64,000 nucleotides of DNA. Origin: Rhizodiscina lignyota (Eukaryota). The notes beneath the pieces were generated by a model that saw only the letters and a list, made by a program, of their open reading frames with translations, searched no databases and had not been told where the DNA came from. Both the position numbers and the translations under genes were made by a program. Positions 50,241-63,136 of this stretch are shown piece after piece; the first letter of the stretch is position 1; each line of letters begins with the position of its first letter. The stretch lies in assembly GCA_010015805.1 (NCBI GenBank), contig ML978132.1, forward strand, positions 310,001-374,000. Direction: 5' to 3'.

Positions 50241-51606
50241 TCATGTCCCCAAGGCTCTCAATAACGCCAGGCCAAAGTCAGACCCCGTTCTATACGGCCA
50301 TGCCTCTAAAAGGGCATCGCGGATAATATCAGCATCTCTAAGGCCTTTGATATATATCGGAAGCGAGTACGAGAACCATAAGAACACCCAAATGTACCCT
50401 ACGGCCTTGCCAAACCGAACTCGGGCCTTACTCTGGTTTTGGCCCTGCCATTTTCTCCAAGCCCACTGGACGATATCTTCAGCTGTGATCGCGACAGGTT
50501 GGGACATGAAAAAGGCAAATTCGCCCATGTCTTTGCGCGTTACGTTGAACATTTCAAATTGATGGAAGAGGCAGCTTATTGCGAAAGACGCGTAGAGTTG
50601 GGTATATCGGGAGCCGACGCTGCCTTTGCGGAGACGCAGGATATGGGCGATTCGAACAGCTGGTTGCTGAACCATCTGAGCACAGAAATTAGCATATAGT
50701 TTTCCCGTAATTCTGCGCATGATATCGCTGAGCTTACCCTTCGCATGACTTGGTGGTATACGACACTGCAAGGCTTCGTTAGCTCCACGAATCAAAGAAG
50801 TCATCATCATAGCGGCCTGGATACCTCCACATCTGCCTCACGCTCCATGAATCGCTCAAGTGACCCACAAGTGGCGGCCATTCCCACACGTGTCACACTC
50901 CGATCGCCACGGACAATGCAGCCGCAAGACTATAGAAACAATTGAGTCGGTCCCAGACCCAGATTGCTCCGGACCATCCGATTACGGCGTTCAGGATGGC
51001 TGGCACCCAAGCTTGGCTGGTGTGCCATTCACCCTGTATCGTTGAGCCAAATCCGAGGATTACAAGCATGGCGACGGAACGAAGATACGTTAAGACCACG
51101 CGCTGAAGATGCGTTCGTACATACGTCCATTTAGGGAGTCTTGCATTGGGGTCTGGAGGCACCCCCTTGACCTGCCAGTTCCACCCGATGCCACGGTGTG
51201 ATGGTATCATAAGACGGAATGCCCAACGCAGTCTCTGCAGCGTGGATTTGACATCGGTCCAGCTCTGTGGTCTCGCGTTTCCCGAACCTGCTCCTGCGGA
51301 CCCAGATCCGACGAAGACAGGCGCATCTGGTCCAGTTACAGGAGTGAATATGACGAAGTCGAAATACCAAAGCGGCATCGCTAGGAATGGTCCACTGCTG
51401 TAGTAGTTGTCGGATGGACTACCAAACGTATAGAACGGCGCCCAAGCACATAGTAGAAGAAGCACCGGGAGAATGACTAGAGACGCGAGCCGTCGATCTG
51501 ACGATAGGAAAGGCACAAGAGTCAAAAAGAAGGTTGTCGCGGCATACGGTGCTGGAAAGGGGCGACGCTCAGAGAGTGGTGGGTACAAAGAAGACATGAA
51601 GTCCAT
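50241..51606 (-). CDS. Membrane-bound O-acyltransferase (MBOAT_2 / wax synthase / TRI7-like)
   Basis: Hydrophobic protein with RGIGWNWQVKGVP, WEWPPL, RYTQLYASFAISCLFH (putative catalytic His) and FFMSQPVAITAED. Confidence 0.85.
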
Positions 51607-51971
51607 GACGGCGCCCGAAACTGGAAGAATCACAAAGTGATCGATACAGTCGAACAAAATGATGGGAGATCAGAATTGCGTCAATGATTTATCGCTGCCC
51701 GAGGTCGGATGGATCGGAGCTCCCAATCACGTGAGGGACAAAGTCCGATTGTTGACGAAGCAAGTTGGCAGGATTGTCAAGCTCAAAAAACTGGACAGAT
51801 ATGCTCATTCATATTGAGTTCATTATATTTTCACTGATTACAAGTTTGTGCGTTTGAGTCTGGACTCAAGACTACAATGATAAGCGCTGGAAGCACTATC
51901 CTAAACGATCGAGTAGTGAGAACAAATCGCCAACGACTTTTGGCTTGAACTCTAGCAGTTTCTCGCTCAGC

Positions 51972-53999
51972 CTATTTAGTTGCATCCGTAAGCAGCTTTC
52001 CTAGGTCTTCGGAAACACGGGTAAACATTGCTACACAGCTATTAGTCTCGAGGTAAGGTAAGGTAACCAGATGGCGTAAATTAGCCAACTCACCAATCGC
52101 CCGCTCACGAAGCTTAGGTTCGGTATTCTTCAACGACGGACCAATATTGTCAAGGAAGAACTGCTGCCCGCCTTTCTCTCCTTTAATGATCTCCCAAAGC
52201 GCTCTTGGCTGCTCAAAGTCTTTGTCCGTGACTTGGTACGAGTACGCTGCGACCTGGCCGGACCACTGCTCCGGATTCGCCGTCTGGTGGTAGTGGGTGT
52301 ACGAGATCTTGCGGAATTCCGAGCGTACATAGTCTGGATCAGCACCATAATTTCCATTGATGGTAGCTGGGCCATCGCGCTGGTAGGGTGAGTACACGGG
52401 ATTGATTGGCCGGTTATTCGGGAGCTGCTGGTAGTTCGGTCCAACGCGGTAGCGAGCAGCATCTGGGTAGCTGAACATACGAGCTTGCAGAACTTGATTG
52501 GACCCGTAGTTAGCATTCCTACAAATTCTGAATTACAGCATGACTTTGAAAAAGTAAAGGACCCACCCATGTCCGCAGATGGTCCGACGCCAGGCACCAT
52601 GTTCGACGGGGAGAAAGCTGCCTGCTCGATATCCTGAAAGTAGTTGTCCGGCTAAGATGAAATCAGTCTGGCTTTAAGCATTCTGAAAGGAGATACTGAC
52701 ATTCTTGTTCAGCGTCAGGCGACCCACTTGTCTGAGCGGATATTTCGCATGCGGCCAGGTGAAGGTGGGGTCAAATATGTCAATTGGCGCCTCTGAGACA
52801 TCGTATGGTGACATTACTTGGATGTTGAGCGTCCAGGACGGGTAATTCCCCTTCTCTATGCTGTTGAAGAGGTCTTTGATGTGATAATCAGGGTCCTCTC
52901 CAGCCAGCCTCACGGCGACATCTGCGGGCAAGGTCTCAATTCCGGCATCTGGCTTCCAGTGCCACTTGATGTACTTAAAGGTGCCATCCTAATTGCTGAG
53001 TTAGCGAATATAGCGTCGGACTGTACAAACTTCGTAGTTATACCTCTTTGCCAAGTGTATACGTGTGAACGCCGTAACCGGCGATGTTACGCAAGGAAGC
53101 AGGAATGCCACGCTGGCCGAAAAGCTGCATCAATGCATGGATGCCCTCCTATAAAGCTTACAATTAGCTCTAAACTTAATGTGCTTATGCTCCGTCGAGA
53201 CTTCTTGCCTGATTGTTCACATGGAAATCCCAGAACATATTGTCATCCGGAACGTTCGTGCGAGGATGGCGTTTATGGCTTCGATTCATGCTCGGGAACT
53301 TGATTGGGTCGCGAATAAAGAATACAGGCAGATCGTTGAAGACGAAATCTTGATTTCCTTCTTCCGTGAAGAACTTTGTCGCCCATCCTCGAACATCGCG
53401 TACAGTGTCGCTCGCGCCCTTCTCTCCCGCAACCGTCGAAATCCGGCAAAGGACTTTGGTCTTCGTTCCGACTCCATTGAGGAATTTGGCGTCGGTGAGA
53501 TCGCTGTTGTCGTGAGTCACTTCAAACTCTCCCCATGCACCAGCTGCTTTCGCATGTACGCTTCTGCTTAGGAATTAGCCTATATCCCATCTTCTTGGCG
53601 GAGGTTTCTCGCGAGCAGAATTCAATAATCAAGAGAAGTTCAGCCGGGGTCCATGAGTATAATGAGAGAGGGAATGCGGCCATGTCAAAATGTATTGGAT
53701 GCCTCACCTCTCTGGAATCCTTTCACGGGCAAAGTGTGCCAATGTCTCGATGAGCTGGGTATCAGAGAGCACTACTAGCCCTCCAGTGCCATAGCTCGAT
53801 GGGATCCGGAGAGCGGTAGTCGGATCGGGAACCGGTTGGCCTGCAAATTGTTGGCGGTGCTCGCTAGAAATTTACATCAAGTTGCTCAACTTCAGCGAGC
53901 GTATACGTCGGCGCTTCTGCCGGACGCGGATTGTTCTTGTAGAAACAGCGTCAGTATCGATTAATATTGAATTGGAAGATTTCTTACATTGGGTGCCAT
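51972..53999 (-). CDS. Monofunctional heme catalase (small-subunit type); intron 2 junction is one base off
   Basis: LAHFARERIPER|SVHAK (distal His), RISTVAGE, RDVRGWATKF, VFFIRDPIKFP, IEQAAFSP and QARMFSYPDAARYR (proximal Tyr). Many introns, including one GC-AG. Confidence 0.9.
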
Positions 54000-55448
54000 T
54001 CTATTTACTCGTATCAATTCAATCGGTAGTTGAGGCGTGTCAGTGCACGTTTAGCTTCTTGCTCCCAGTCCGGATAAATAGTGGTGCTCGAGTCGGGTCC
54101 TGATACTACTTGGCCAAATTTTTATCATGAGCTTATGACAGAACTTTAATGCAAGTGACGAAATTTGACGTTTCGAGCCCAACCCCGCATTGAGGGGACT
54201 TTTTCGATCGATAAAGTTCCAATGTTTTGCGTGTCGACACTTTATTCAGTTCTCGCGCGAGAGTGTCTAATCCACTTGCACATGTCCGTGTACAAAACCG
54301 GTCAGACAGTAACAACTCGAGCATTCTCCTGGATGGTCCCTCCAAAGCTTCATTATCGTATATCCAAGCTAGCTTCTTCGCTTAAGTTATGATGTCTTGT
54401 CATGGTCATCATATTCGATGTGATTGGGACGATGTGTCGCTCGAGAAGCCGCGGTGAACCCTGCCGTACAGCTACCCTTGGTGCATTCGGCCGTCAGAGC
54501 ATGACATTCGTCTCTGCACGATAGTTCAGCCGTACTAGACCATTAGGATGGCCCAGCTGCCTGAGGCTTCGTCGCCCGTAGGGAGACCAAACGCGGGATC
54601 CTCGCCTTGCTCGGCGGAGACCACTGCAGGCGGGCCATCGTTGATTGGAATTTTGTGACTAGAGGCACTCGTATCATACACCGTTCCATCCGTCTCCAGG
54701 ACACGGCGCCGGGAGCTTGCGGAGTAAGCTTTTCACAGACGCACCAAAACGATGATGAGTGAGGAGAGGAAGAGGTTTGTCTTCGGGGCTCGGGGATTTT
54801 GCTCATCCCGGACTGCCATTCTGAGGCCTCACCCGAATTGGGGCAAGACGATCCCTCATTTTCATCACAAATTTGAACCTCGCGGTCTCTCTCAACACGC
54901 GGCACCCTGCAGTTGGCGGCAAGTTTCACAATCTGCTTCAGTTCTGCAGTCTTTTCAGGGCTTGGGATCGGAGCCTGGGATGGTATACTGGCGCGTTCTT
55001 ATGCCTCCGGGACTCCGCTCGATCAGACAGACAGTGCTTAGTAACTCCTGTTTGAACTTCATAGCACCAGTCACAGCGAAGATATACAGCATGTAAGCAT
55101 GCATTAGTGGGGAGGTCCCTCGACTCCGCCGAAAGCGAGATGTACTACGTATCTGCAGCAGGGGTAGCTCCAGGAGACGAGAAGCCAAGCTCCAGAGCTA
55201 TCTGTGTGGAGAAAAGTTTGGTCGAAAATGTATCCCGTCCGAAGTTCCGCGAAACATGATCCCTATCTCGACCATATCCGAAGGCGTAGCTCCGATTGAA
55301 GAACGAGCTGATACGGCTGACCGCTCAATTATTCTACCCCACCTTCCATAATGGCATCTTTTGCCTTTCAGATTGCTGATCCGCTCTTAAGGGCTTGCGA
55401 GCTCCCACCGTTCCTGAGCCGTTCGAGACGTTCACTGGAATCTTCAAG

Positions 55449-57362
55449 ATGGAGACCCGCAATCGTCCAGACGAGTGGAAGATTGAACAAGGTCTACATG
55501 GAGCGAAACTGCCCATAATCGATCAAACCGGGCCTGAAGAGCGCCCAATTCCTCCTCAACCAGAGTTTCTAGGGTTCAAAGATGAAGCTGCCATTTGGTC
55601 AATAGGAGATCCCGAAAAGCTATTTGCGGAGGAGCTGGAGGGATGGAAAGGGTAAGTGAAATCTTTAAGGCAATTGGAGATTCCACGAATATATTGTTGC
55701 ACTCACTTACCACATTGAGGTCAGGTACATCGAATGGGAGAAGCATCCAGAGAAGAAAGCGAAAGCTGCCCAGATCCTTAAATCTCAAACGGTATTGAGA
55801 CCGTTATAGTTTACCTTTAGACACATGCTCACCTCAGTTGACAGTTTCCGCCGCCGCCAGAGTTCCAATTAGGCCCCATTCCTGGAACAAATCCAGTTCT
55901 CGCCGGAACTCGTTGGAAGATGTGGCACCATGCCGTTGGTGGCGCTCTTGATTCCGTCCCTGATGACTCGTGGGCGACTGTTCTTAAGGAGAAACATCCT
56001 GATATGCTCCATCTCCTCCAATTTCCTTACAATGGTGAACCGCCGAAGCGGCTCGTAACTGCCAAGGAAATCACTCCCAATCCTCTCCACTTTGTCAGAA
56101 ACCATGGCGGAATTCCTCTGATCGAGGTAGACAAGTTCAGCCTGACGCTGGATGGTCTTGTCGCAAATCCTCAATCGTTCACGTTGAATGATCTCAAGGA
56201 CGAGTCCAGGTTCCCTCGGATGGAGAAGTGTGTTACGATTCAATGTTCCGGGACACGTCGCATTGAACAGATCTCTCTGTACGCAGGCGAGGGAGACGAG
56301 ATGATCAATGCGCCATGGGCAGAAGGTACGTGGGCAGAGATTTCCACAGCGATCGTCGTCTGCCAGTTGTTATGTGATTACCTACTTGCTAAGACTCGGG
56401 GATTAGGTGCCATCGGAACCGCACGATACGTTGGAGTAAGCTTAAAGCATGTTATCAAGGCATGCGGCGGGCTCGTTAACGGCGGGAAACATCTCGAATT
56501 TTATGGCGCCGAGAGCTACTTCAAGAAAGGCCAGGTCCACAATTACGTCGTTAGTGTGCCCTGGTCGAAAGTCAAGGCCCACGAAGTAATCCTTGCATGG
56601 GACATGAATGGAGAGGCGCTACCGAAGATACACGGTTATCCACTAAGAGTTGTGGTGATGGGATATATCGGAGCTCGAAGCGTTAAGTGGCTCTATCGGA
56701 TAAAAGCGATTGAGAACCCATCGCTTGCGCCGGTTCAATCCCAAGAGTATCTCTACTTCAATCAGCAGACCGGGAAGCACAACCAACGAATGACGGACGG
56801 CATTCAGATACAGGAAATGCCTGTGAGCTCGGCCATTATGTATCCATGGACAAAGCAAGTAGTTATCCATAATGGAAAGATCCACTGCAAAGGGTGGGCC
56901 TATTCTGGTGGAGGTCGCTGGCCCGAGCGAGTCGAACTGTCGGCCGACGGCGGCTTCAGTTGGTACTCCGTGCCACAGGAAAGAATCTCGAAGAAGCACA
57001 AATGGGCCTGGCGCACGTGGGACTTCGAACTTCCTTGTGACGTGGAGGGTTGGATCGAGATTGTCTGCCGCTGCTGGGACAACTCATTGAACACGCAGCC
57101 GCTGGCTGTCCGCGCCGCCTGGAACTGGGGCCTTCATGTGACTAGCAGCGCGCACCGTATCAGCGTCTACAGCGTAAACAAGAGCAGGGAGCTGACGAGG
57201 AAGCGACTCGCCATGTTCGAAGAGAAGGGCGAATCGTTTGGGCCCCTCACCAACACGACTGAGTGGCAGGTACAAAGCTGGGAGGACTATAAAGCGTATT
57301 GGGAGACCAACGATCCTCGGGATATGGAGAACGAGTACGATTCTCGTGATCTGGAGGACTGA
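55449..57362 (+). CDS. Sulfite oxidase-family molybdoenzyme (Moco + dimerisation domains, no cytochrome b5)
   Basis: PYNGEPP, HFVRNHGGIP, TIQCSGTRR (Mo-ligating Cys), HGYPLRVVV.GYIGARSVKW, QEMPVSSAI and GWAYSGGG..RVELSADGG. Confidence 0.92.
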
Positions 57363-57753
57363 TCTCGGTGGAGGCTATGGTGGCTGTCTCGTACAGCGAT
57401 TCCTCATGTCGGTTTCCTGCAATTGATTATGAGATCACACCTATACAATTAAGTGCTCAGGCCTTTATTACTCACTATGCCTCGCTATGTTCCCCACTGC
57501 CTGCTGTGGGGGCGTTAAATGACTTCAAAGTATAATTAGGAATTCCTTGAGTGTGGCTTGGCCACTGACAGGGGGCGGCCGCCGATAGACCAGTTTCATT
57601 GCGACTCCTGGAGTGCTCTCACCGCGTTGCTCTCGGCGGACATTAGACAGCCAAGTATATCTATCTCAGCTGTTGCTGAGACTTTGCCATGACTTGGCAT
57701 ATGTATACCCCGCACAGAAGAAAGTGCTGTCCAAGAAGCAGTCGCCATTTATC

Positions 57754-58588
57754 ATGGCGAACCTCAATTCAGCGCAATCTCAAGACGATGCTAGAATATC
57801 AAACCGGCAACAGAACCACGCAATATCGTCGAAAACGAGCACAGGTCTACCCTCCAGCATGGAGCTTCTCGATTGGTTCCAAGAGCTATTCTCCTCCGGG
57901 ACGACTCTGGGATCCTTCGGCGCTGGTTTCACCCTGATCATTGTCACGCAAGACCCGTCCGACCTGAAGCCAACAACGTTCGCTCCCTCGACAGTTCGGG
58001 TGTTTGCGGCCATAAGCTCATTACTCTTTGTACTGACGGTACTGCTATGCCAAGGCTGCAAATTGGCATTCATGTTCCAGAAGGAGAGCATCGCAATAGC
58101 GCTGGAGAGACATAGCTGTCCGATTACCAAAAAAGTCCTGGATATCGTTTCGTTGGCTCTACAAGTCTTCGTTCTTACGGCATTCCTGTTCTTTAGCCTG
58201 GTGATTTTGGCATTTGTGAAGAGCGTTGGTATTATTGGCGTTGCCGTAACGGGATTGCTGGTGCTAGCTGCCATTGTCGTTTGGGCTCTGCAGTTGTCTG
58301 GCAAGTTTAACGTATGGTACGCGTTGTCAATACTTCGTTCAAAGGCCTGAGCAGAAATGCTGATCATGTTCCAAGGACACAACCGGCCAGGGAGCCATTG
58401 TAGCAGTGTTCAGTGGAGAAGCAAGGCCGATGATTCGAAGTCGCAGAAAGAGGCGGGTGGTCGAGGAGAAGGCAGTAGTGCCAGCGACGGATAGAGATGC
58501 TGCTAGATCGAAGCAGGTGCATTTTGCAAATGAACACCTCGGCAATTGTAACGGTGCTGAAAGGACATTGGATGCTCGTCGCTCGTAG
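57754..58588 (+). CDS. Small four-TM membrane protein of unknown function
   Basis: Four hydrophobic stretches. In-frame GT-AG intron 58312-58375 joins it to ORF 58406-58588. Confidence 0.6.
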
Positions 58589-60563
58589 GTAACGCCAGGC
58601 CTCAATTATTATCCCATTCTTTGCTTTCTTGGTTGCTCATTAATAACGCTCCTCACTTCTGAGCCTCCCTGTGCTGAACGATTCGAAGTGCCGTAGCGGT
58701 CGAATCCTAGCAACCCATGTGAAAGCATCCCTCGTCTATCCTTCGAGAAAACAATGAGTTCAAGCATATCATGCCTTTCTCGTGATATATGGCCTTTGAG
58801 AAATAAGATTGCATGTTATGCGCTCCAGTGGTGGGATCACCAACGAGATCGTCGCTTGAGTAGGGCACTCGTACTTGTGGCAGAAAATCTCCAGTGGAGT
58901 TACGCTCACGGAGTGTCCATTTTATTCGGCCTGGGACGGCGCGTGATCTGATCTATGATTTTGTTGAAGCTGCAGTGGCATATGTGGCGTGTTTGAATGA
59001 AGTCGGAAGAGAACCTTTCCTTCAGTTCGCGACGGTGCAGCTGTCGCATTTCTCCGGGGACGTTCTCCTGACAATTTCGATGGGATCGCATGGCCTGCCG
59101 CTTAAGATTGCATGAGGACAGTACTTGGGTTTGAGCATTTCTTCATTATGTCCACAAGCGGCGGTGCGAATGTGTTGCTGGCACATATTTGGGGTGGCGT
59201 GTTCTTAGTGAAATAGGGGAAGTGAGCAGGATGAAAGTGAAAAGCTCGCGAAGTGCTTCGAAGGCGGTGAGTGTTAATAAAAGTCAGAGATGACGAATCC
59301 AAATTTTGAAACAAAGTTGAAGGGGCCAAATTAAGAGAGTGGTGTGTTCATGCAAGCGCTCGCATGACTGCTCAGTGACAGGCGCAAGCAATGCCGCAAA
59401 ATGTCAGATGTAAGATGTGCTTCGCTGCACTACGGAAGGCTATTTCAAGACCCAGCCTATTCACCACCTTCGTGCCAAGAACGCTCTCAGAATGTAGAGC
59501 TCATTGCAGAAGGGGCAACTTTTCCGGTAACGAGTATTTTCTGATCTCAGAACGTACTTCATAGCCTTCCCTTTCAGCACAATGAATTTCTTGATCGCAT
59601 CTCGATGCGGCGGGACAGTATTCTCTATGGAGCCTGCCGTTTACTTACCTTGCAACAGGCCGAGCAGTTGAAAGCAGCACTGAGATATGCAGCAATACCA
59701 GGTAGTCAGTGTATTCTATCTCTTTCTTCGAGCAGTCTTATTACTTCCATGAACTCTCTATCACCTTAACCCCTCCATAATGGAGATATCCCACTCCACC
59801 GCTGTGATACGGGTCTCTCCTGAGAGCCGCATCGACAGGCTTTCTACATCTACTCCAAATTCACGCATACAGCCTCATCTAATCTTCGGAAAGTTCCCCA
59901 AACTTCTACCTGCGCTAAGGTGAGAAGTAGGCTGATGGCGAAAGCAAGCGCTGTCTCTTTCTTCTGATCCAGTTCGCAACTTCCTGGGGTTCTTGGCATG
60001 GGACGAGGAGGCCGATATCTCGATATCACGTGATCCAAGTTGACTCTCGAGACGGAAACTCTACAGCCTTGATCTCGACTAATGATACGCAGAAAGTTAA
60101 AGAGGGAGGATGCAAGGTGGCTTGGACCTGCTGTTGGCCATCTCATCACTGGCTTTTGACAGTCGTACGCCATGTCGAGGGGTGTCGGTACGATAAGCCA
60201 AAGACGACGAGAGGCGACGGAAACCTCAACAATATGACGAATGGGAAACATCCACTGCCCCAGCGATCCCCACCTTCGACCACTCACAATCTTCCTTTCT
60301 CCAAATACATCTCAGGCAGCGGCGTCGAATCGGTCCGAAGCGATTACCTTACGTTACCGCAATCACGTGGCCCGTCGCTACAAAATTCCTCTAACCGGGT
60401 CAGGCCTTCCACCACAACAACATCCACTTCGCCCGCCTCTCAAAAGCGCGACTACTTCCACAACATCGCCACACCAAGCAATTCATACCCAAACTGCGCC
60501 GCCCACAGCAGTCGCCTACATCCTTAGAAGCACTTTGACCGAAAAGAAAATTTATCAGACAAC

Positions 60564-61247
60564 ATGCCAGGCGGAAAAGGTACGCGACTTGCATCGCCGG
60601 ATATCTCGCTGCTGCTTTGAACTAATTGAACTGTGTCAACTACAGGCAAGACCGGCGGAAAGACCGGCGGCAAGGCTGGCGATGCCAGCGCGAAGACCTC
60701 CAAATCTCACTCTGCGAAGGCTGGACTCCAGGTACGCTTACCGTCGCATGTTTGCGCGTCCTAATCACCTATGACACATTGAGCACACCGAGTCCAAAGA
60801 ACACACTCCTTGAACTTCAGGACACGTCATAAACAGCACAGCGCGATCCCATTTGCCCTGAAAGACGCGTCCCTTTCCCTTTCAGCCACCACGATCAACA
60901 AGACCCCATACTGACCAAAGACTCTGTAGTTCCCCTGCGGCCGCATAAAGCGCCACCTCCGCACCATCACGCGCCAGAAGACGCGCATCGGCGCCAAGGC
61001 TGCCATCTACCTCACCGCCGTGCTCGAATACCTCACCGCCGAAGTGCTCGAACTGGCGGGCAACGCGGCCAAGGACCTCAAAGTCAAGCGCATCACGCCG
61101 CGCCACCTGCAGCTCGCGATCCGCGGCGACGAGGAGCTCGACACGCTGATCCGCGCGACGATCGCGTTCGGCGGTGTCTTGCCGCACATCAACAGAGCGC
61201 TGTTGCTGAAGGTGGAGCAGCGCAAGAAGAAGGCTGCTGAGGCATAA
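60564..61247 (+). CDS. HTZ1: Histone variant H2A.Z
   Basis: [78 protein letters not shown]. Two introns. Confidence 0.96.
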
Positions 61248-63136
61248 AGACGAGACTCGGCTGACGTGTCGTGCGCATGGCAGAACGAAACAAGGCGATG
61301 AATGGAAACTGTACGATGAGGTGGCGGCTGTGGCGCAGCTGGTGTGATTGTGGGATTCAACAATGTTCTTTTGCTTTTTTTTAAGAAAGTCACGGGGGTC
61401 TAAGATGGGTTTTTTTTCCTTTGTAAGGTCATTTGCCGCCGGTGCATGTTATCAAGGAGCCAGGGCTCGAGTATGGCATGAGTATCATGATGCGATCGCG
61501 GATAAGCGTTTCGCAAATTGTGCGAATCCTTCCACGGTCACATGTCCCACCCGACTTTCCTGCTCTATACACCACCGACGAGCTAAGAAAGGTACACGTG
61601 GTTGAGTTCTGCTTTTAGGCGCATGGTGGTGCATGAGGAGGCAGGACTAGATCAATCAAATGTGTTGCAATGAGTTCAAACATGTGGTTCTTTGCATCGC
61701 GTGCTCTGATAATCGACGCTGCATGCCATCCTTGCTAATCCTCAACATACATAACCTCAACAACTCTTGACGGAGATTACTTTATAGATACTAACATCCA
61801 ATAAATCATGAGCTAATCGTAGGCCATGCATGTGTCGACTAAGATCGCTGACATTCTTGTATAAAGCATCCGTGTCATCTTGTGGAGATTGAAATGTACC
61901 CCACCACATGTGAGAGCGGGACAACACCAGTTCACAATATCACCAATAACACAATCATCAAAAGCTCGTGTACCGAATCCAATGTATTTCAAAATATTTC
62001 AAGAACTACTCGCCCTAATCAAAGATGCATTCCCTCCAGACTTCCTGCTAGAGCAGTCCCATCCGTCCAGAATGACATCTCCGAGCCCAGCGAGCGACTA
62101 TCGAAAAAAGTGGCTATTAAAACGCAGCGGATATTACAGCATGTATAAGCTAAATTGCATCGATAACGAAAGATCAAGAAGCAGATAATATCAAAAATCA
62201 AAAAAGCGTGTCAGAAACCATCAAGAAGTCGAGAAGAAAAAGCACAACAAGCTTGCTGGTGAAGGCGTGCGGATAAAATGCGACTCGTAACCGTCATCAT
62301 GAAGATCGCCTGCGCCACTCCCCAAAACTAATCGTAGCTACGCACCGACCACAAGAGTCGCCTTTGGTGCGTTGCTTGATGCTCGTCGTCGAATCATTAG
62401 GGGGTCGTGAAAGACCAAAAACAAACAAAAGCTGTAAGGGGGCAAGTGGAGTCGTCAGAATGTTAGGAGGAAGCGGATAAGCCCAGCAGTTTGCCATCAG
62501 AGCATCAGCCATCAGTGATTAAAAGATCCAGAGTAATGGATCTGGCGAACGAAAGCACCGAATACAAGCAAGTATGTAATACACGCGTCAGAAGGCACGT
62601 TCAGATAAAGAGTCAGATGAGCCAGTGAGAGGAACTCCCATCCTATGAAATGTGTAAAAATCATCAGAAAACAGAGTACAAAATGCTGGAAGCTGAAAAA
62701 CATTCGATATTTTCGCCGTTTACATGCTTCGTTTTTCGTGGTTGTCTTTTCCTCTGTGCAGTTAAATCAAAATTTCAAAAGGACCCGGAATCTTTCCCAA
62801 ACATGTCGGAATTGGTCCGGTTATGCCTTTCGCAGTGTTTCCGTAAATGGTGAGTGTCGTTGTCGTGGACGGCGTGAGTTTGTTTCGAAAGAAATAAAAC
62901 AGCTTTCTCTCTTGAGGGCGCGAGCCCTTTAGGTGGTGGATATTTGTCTACGATGTTTGATAGTCGTGACGGTCGTTTTACGTCGTATACGTCGTGATGA
63001 GGGTTGAGTTGGTACATGTGTGTGATTTCTTTCCCAAGATCGTCCGAAGTTGTTTGAGGGGGGTTTCGTATCGACTCGTTCGGACGCCATACACGGTCTG
63101 CGGCTGCTAGGTATGTGGATATTGTGTACGTCATCC

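Noticed and set aside
32000..59000. Starship or other giant mobile element carrying the accessory genes
   Set aside because: No tyrosine-recombinase captain, transposase or boundary repeats were recognised in the window.
58600..60500. tRNA/ncRNA or coding genes in the long intergenic region
   Set aside because: No cloverleaf with A/B boxes and no convincing ORF was found by eye.
21112..61247. Functional clustering of INO80 with its substrate H2A.Z
   Set aside because: They are about 34 kb apart with many unrelated genes between them; the proximity is unremarkable without synteny evidence.
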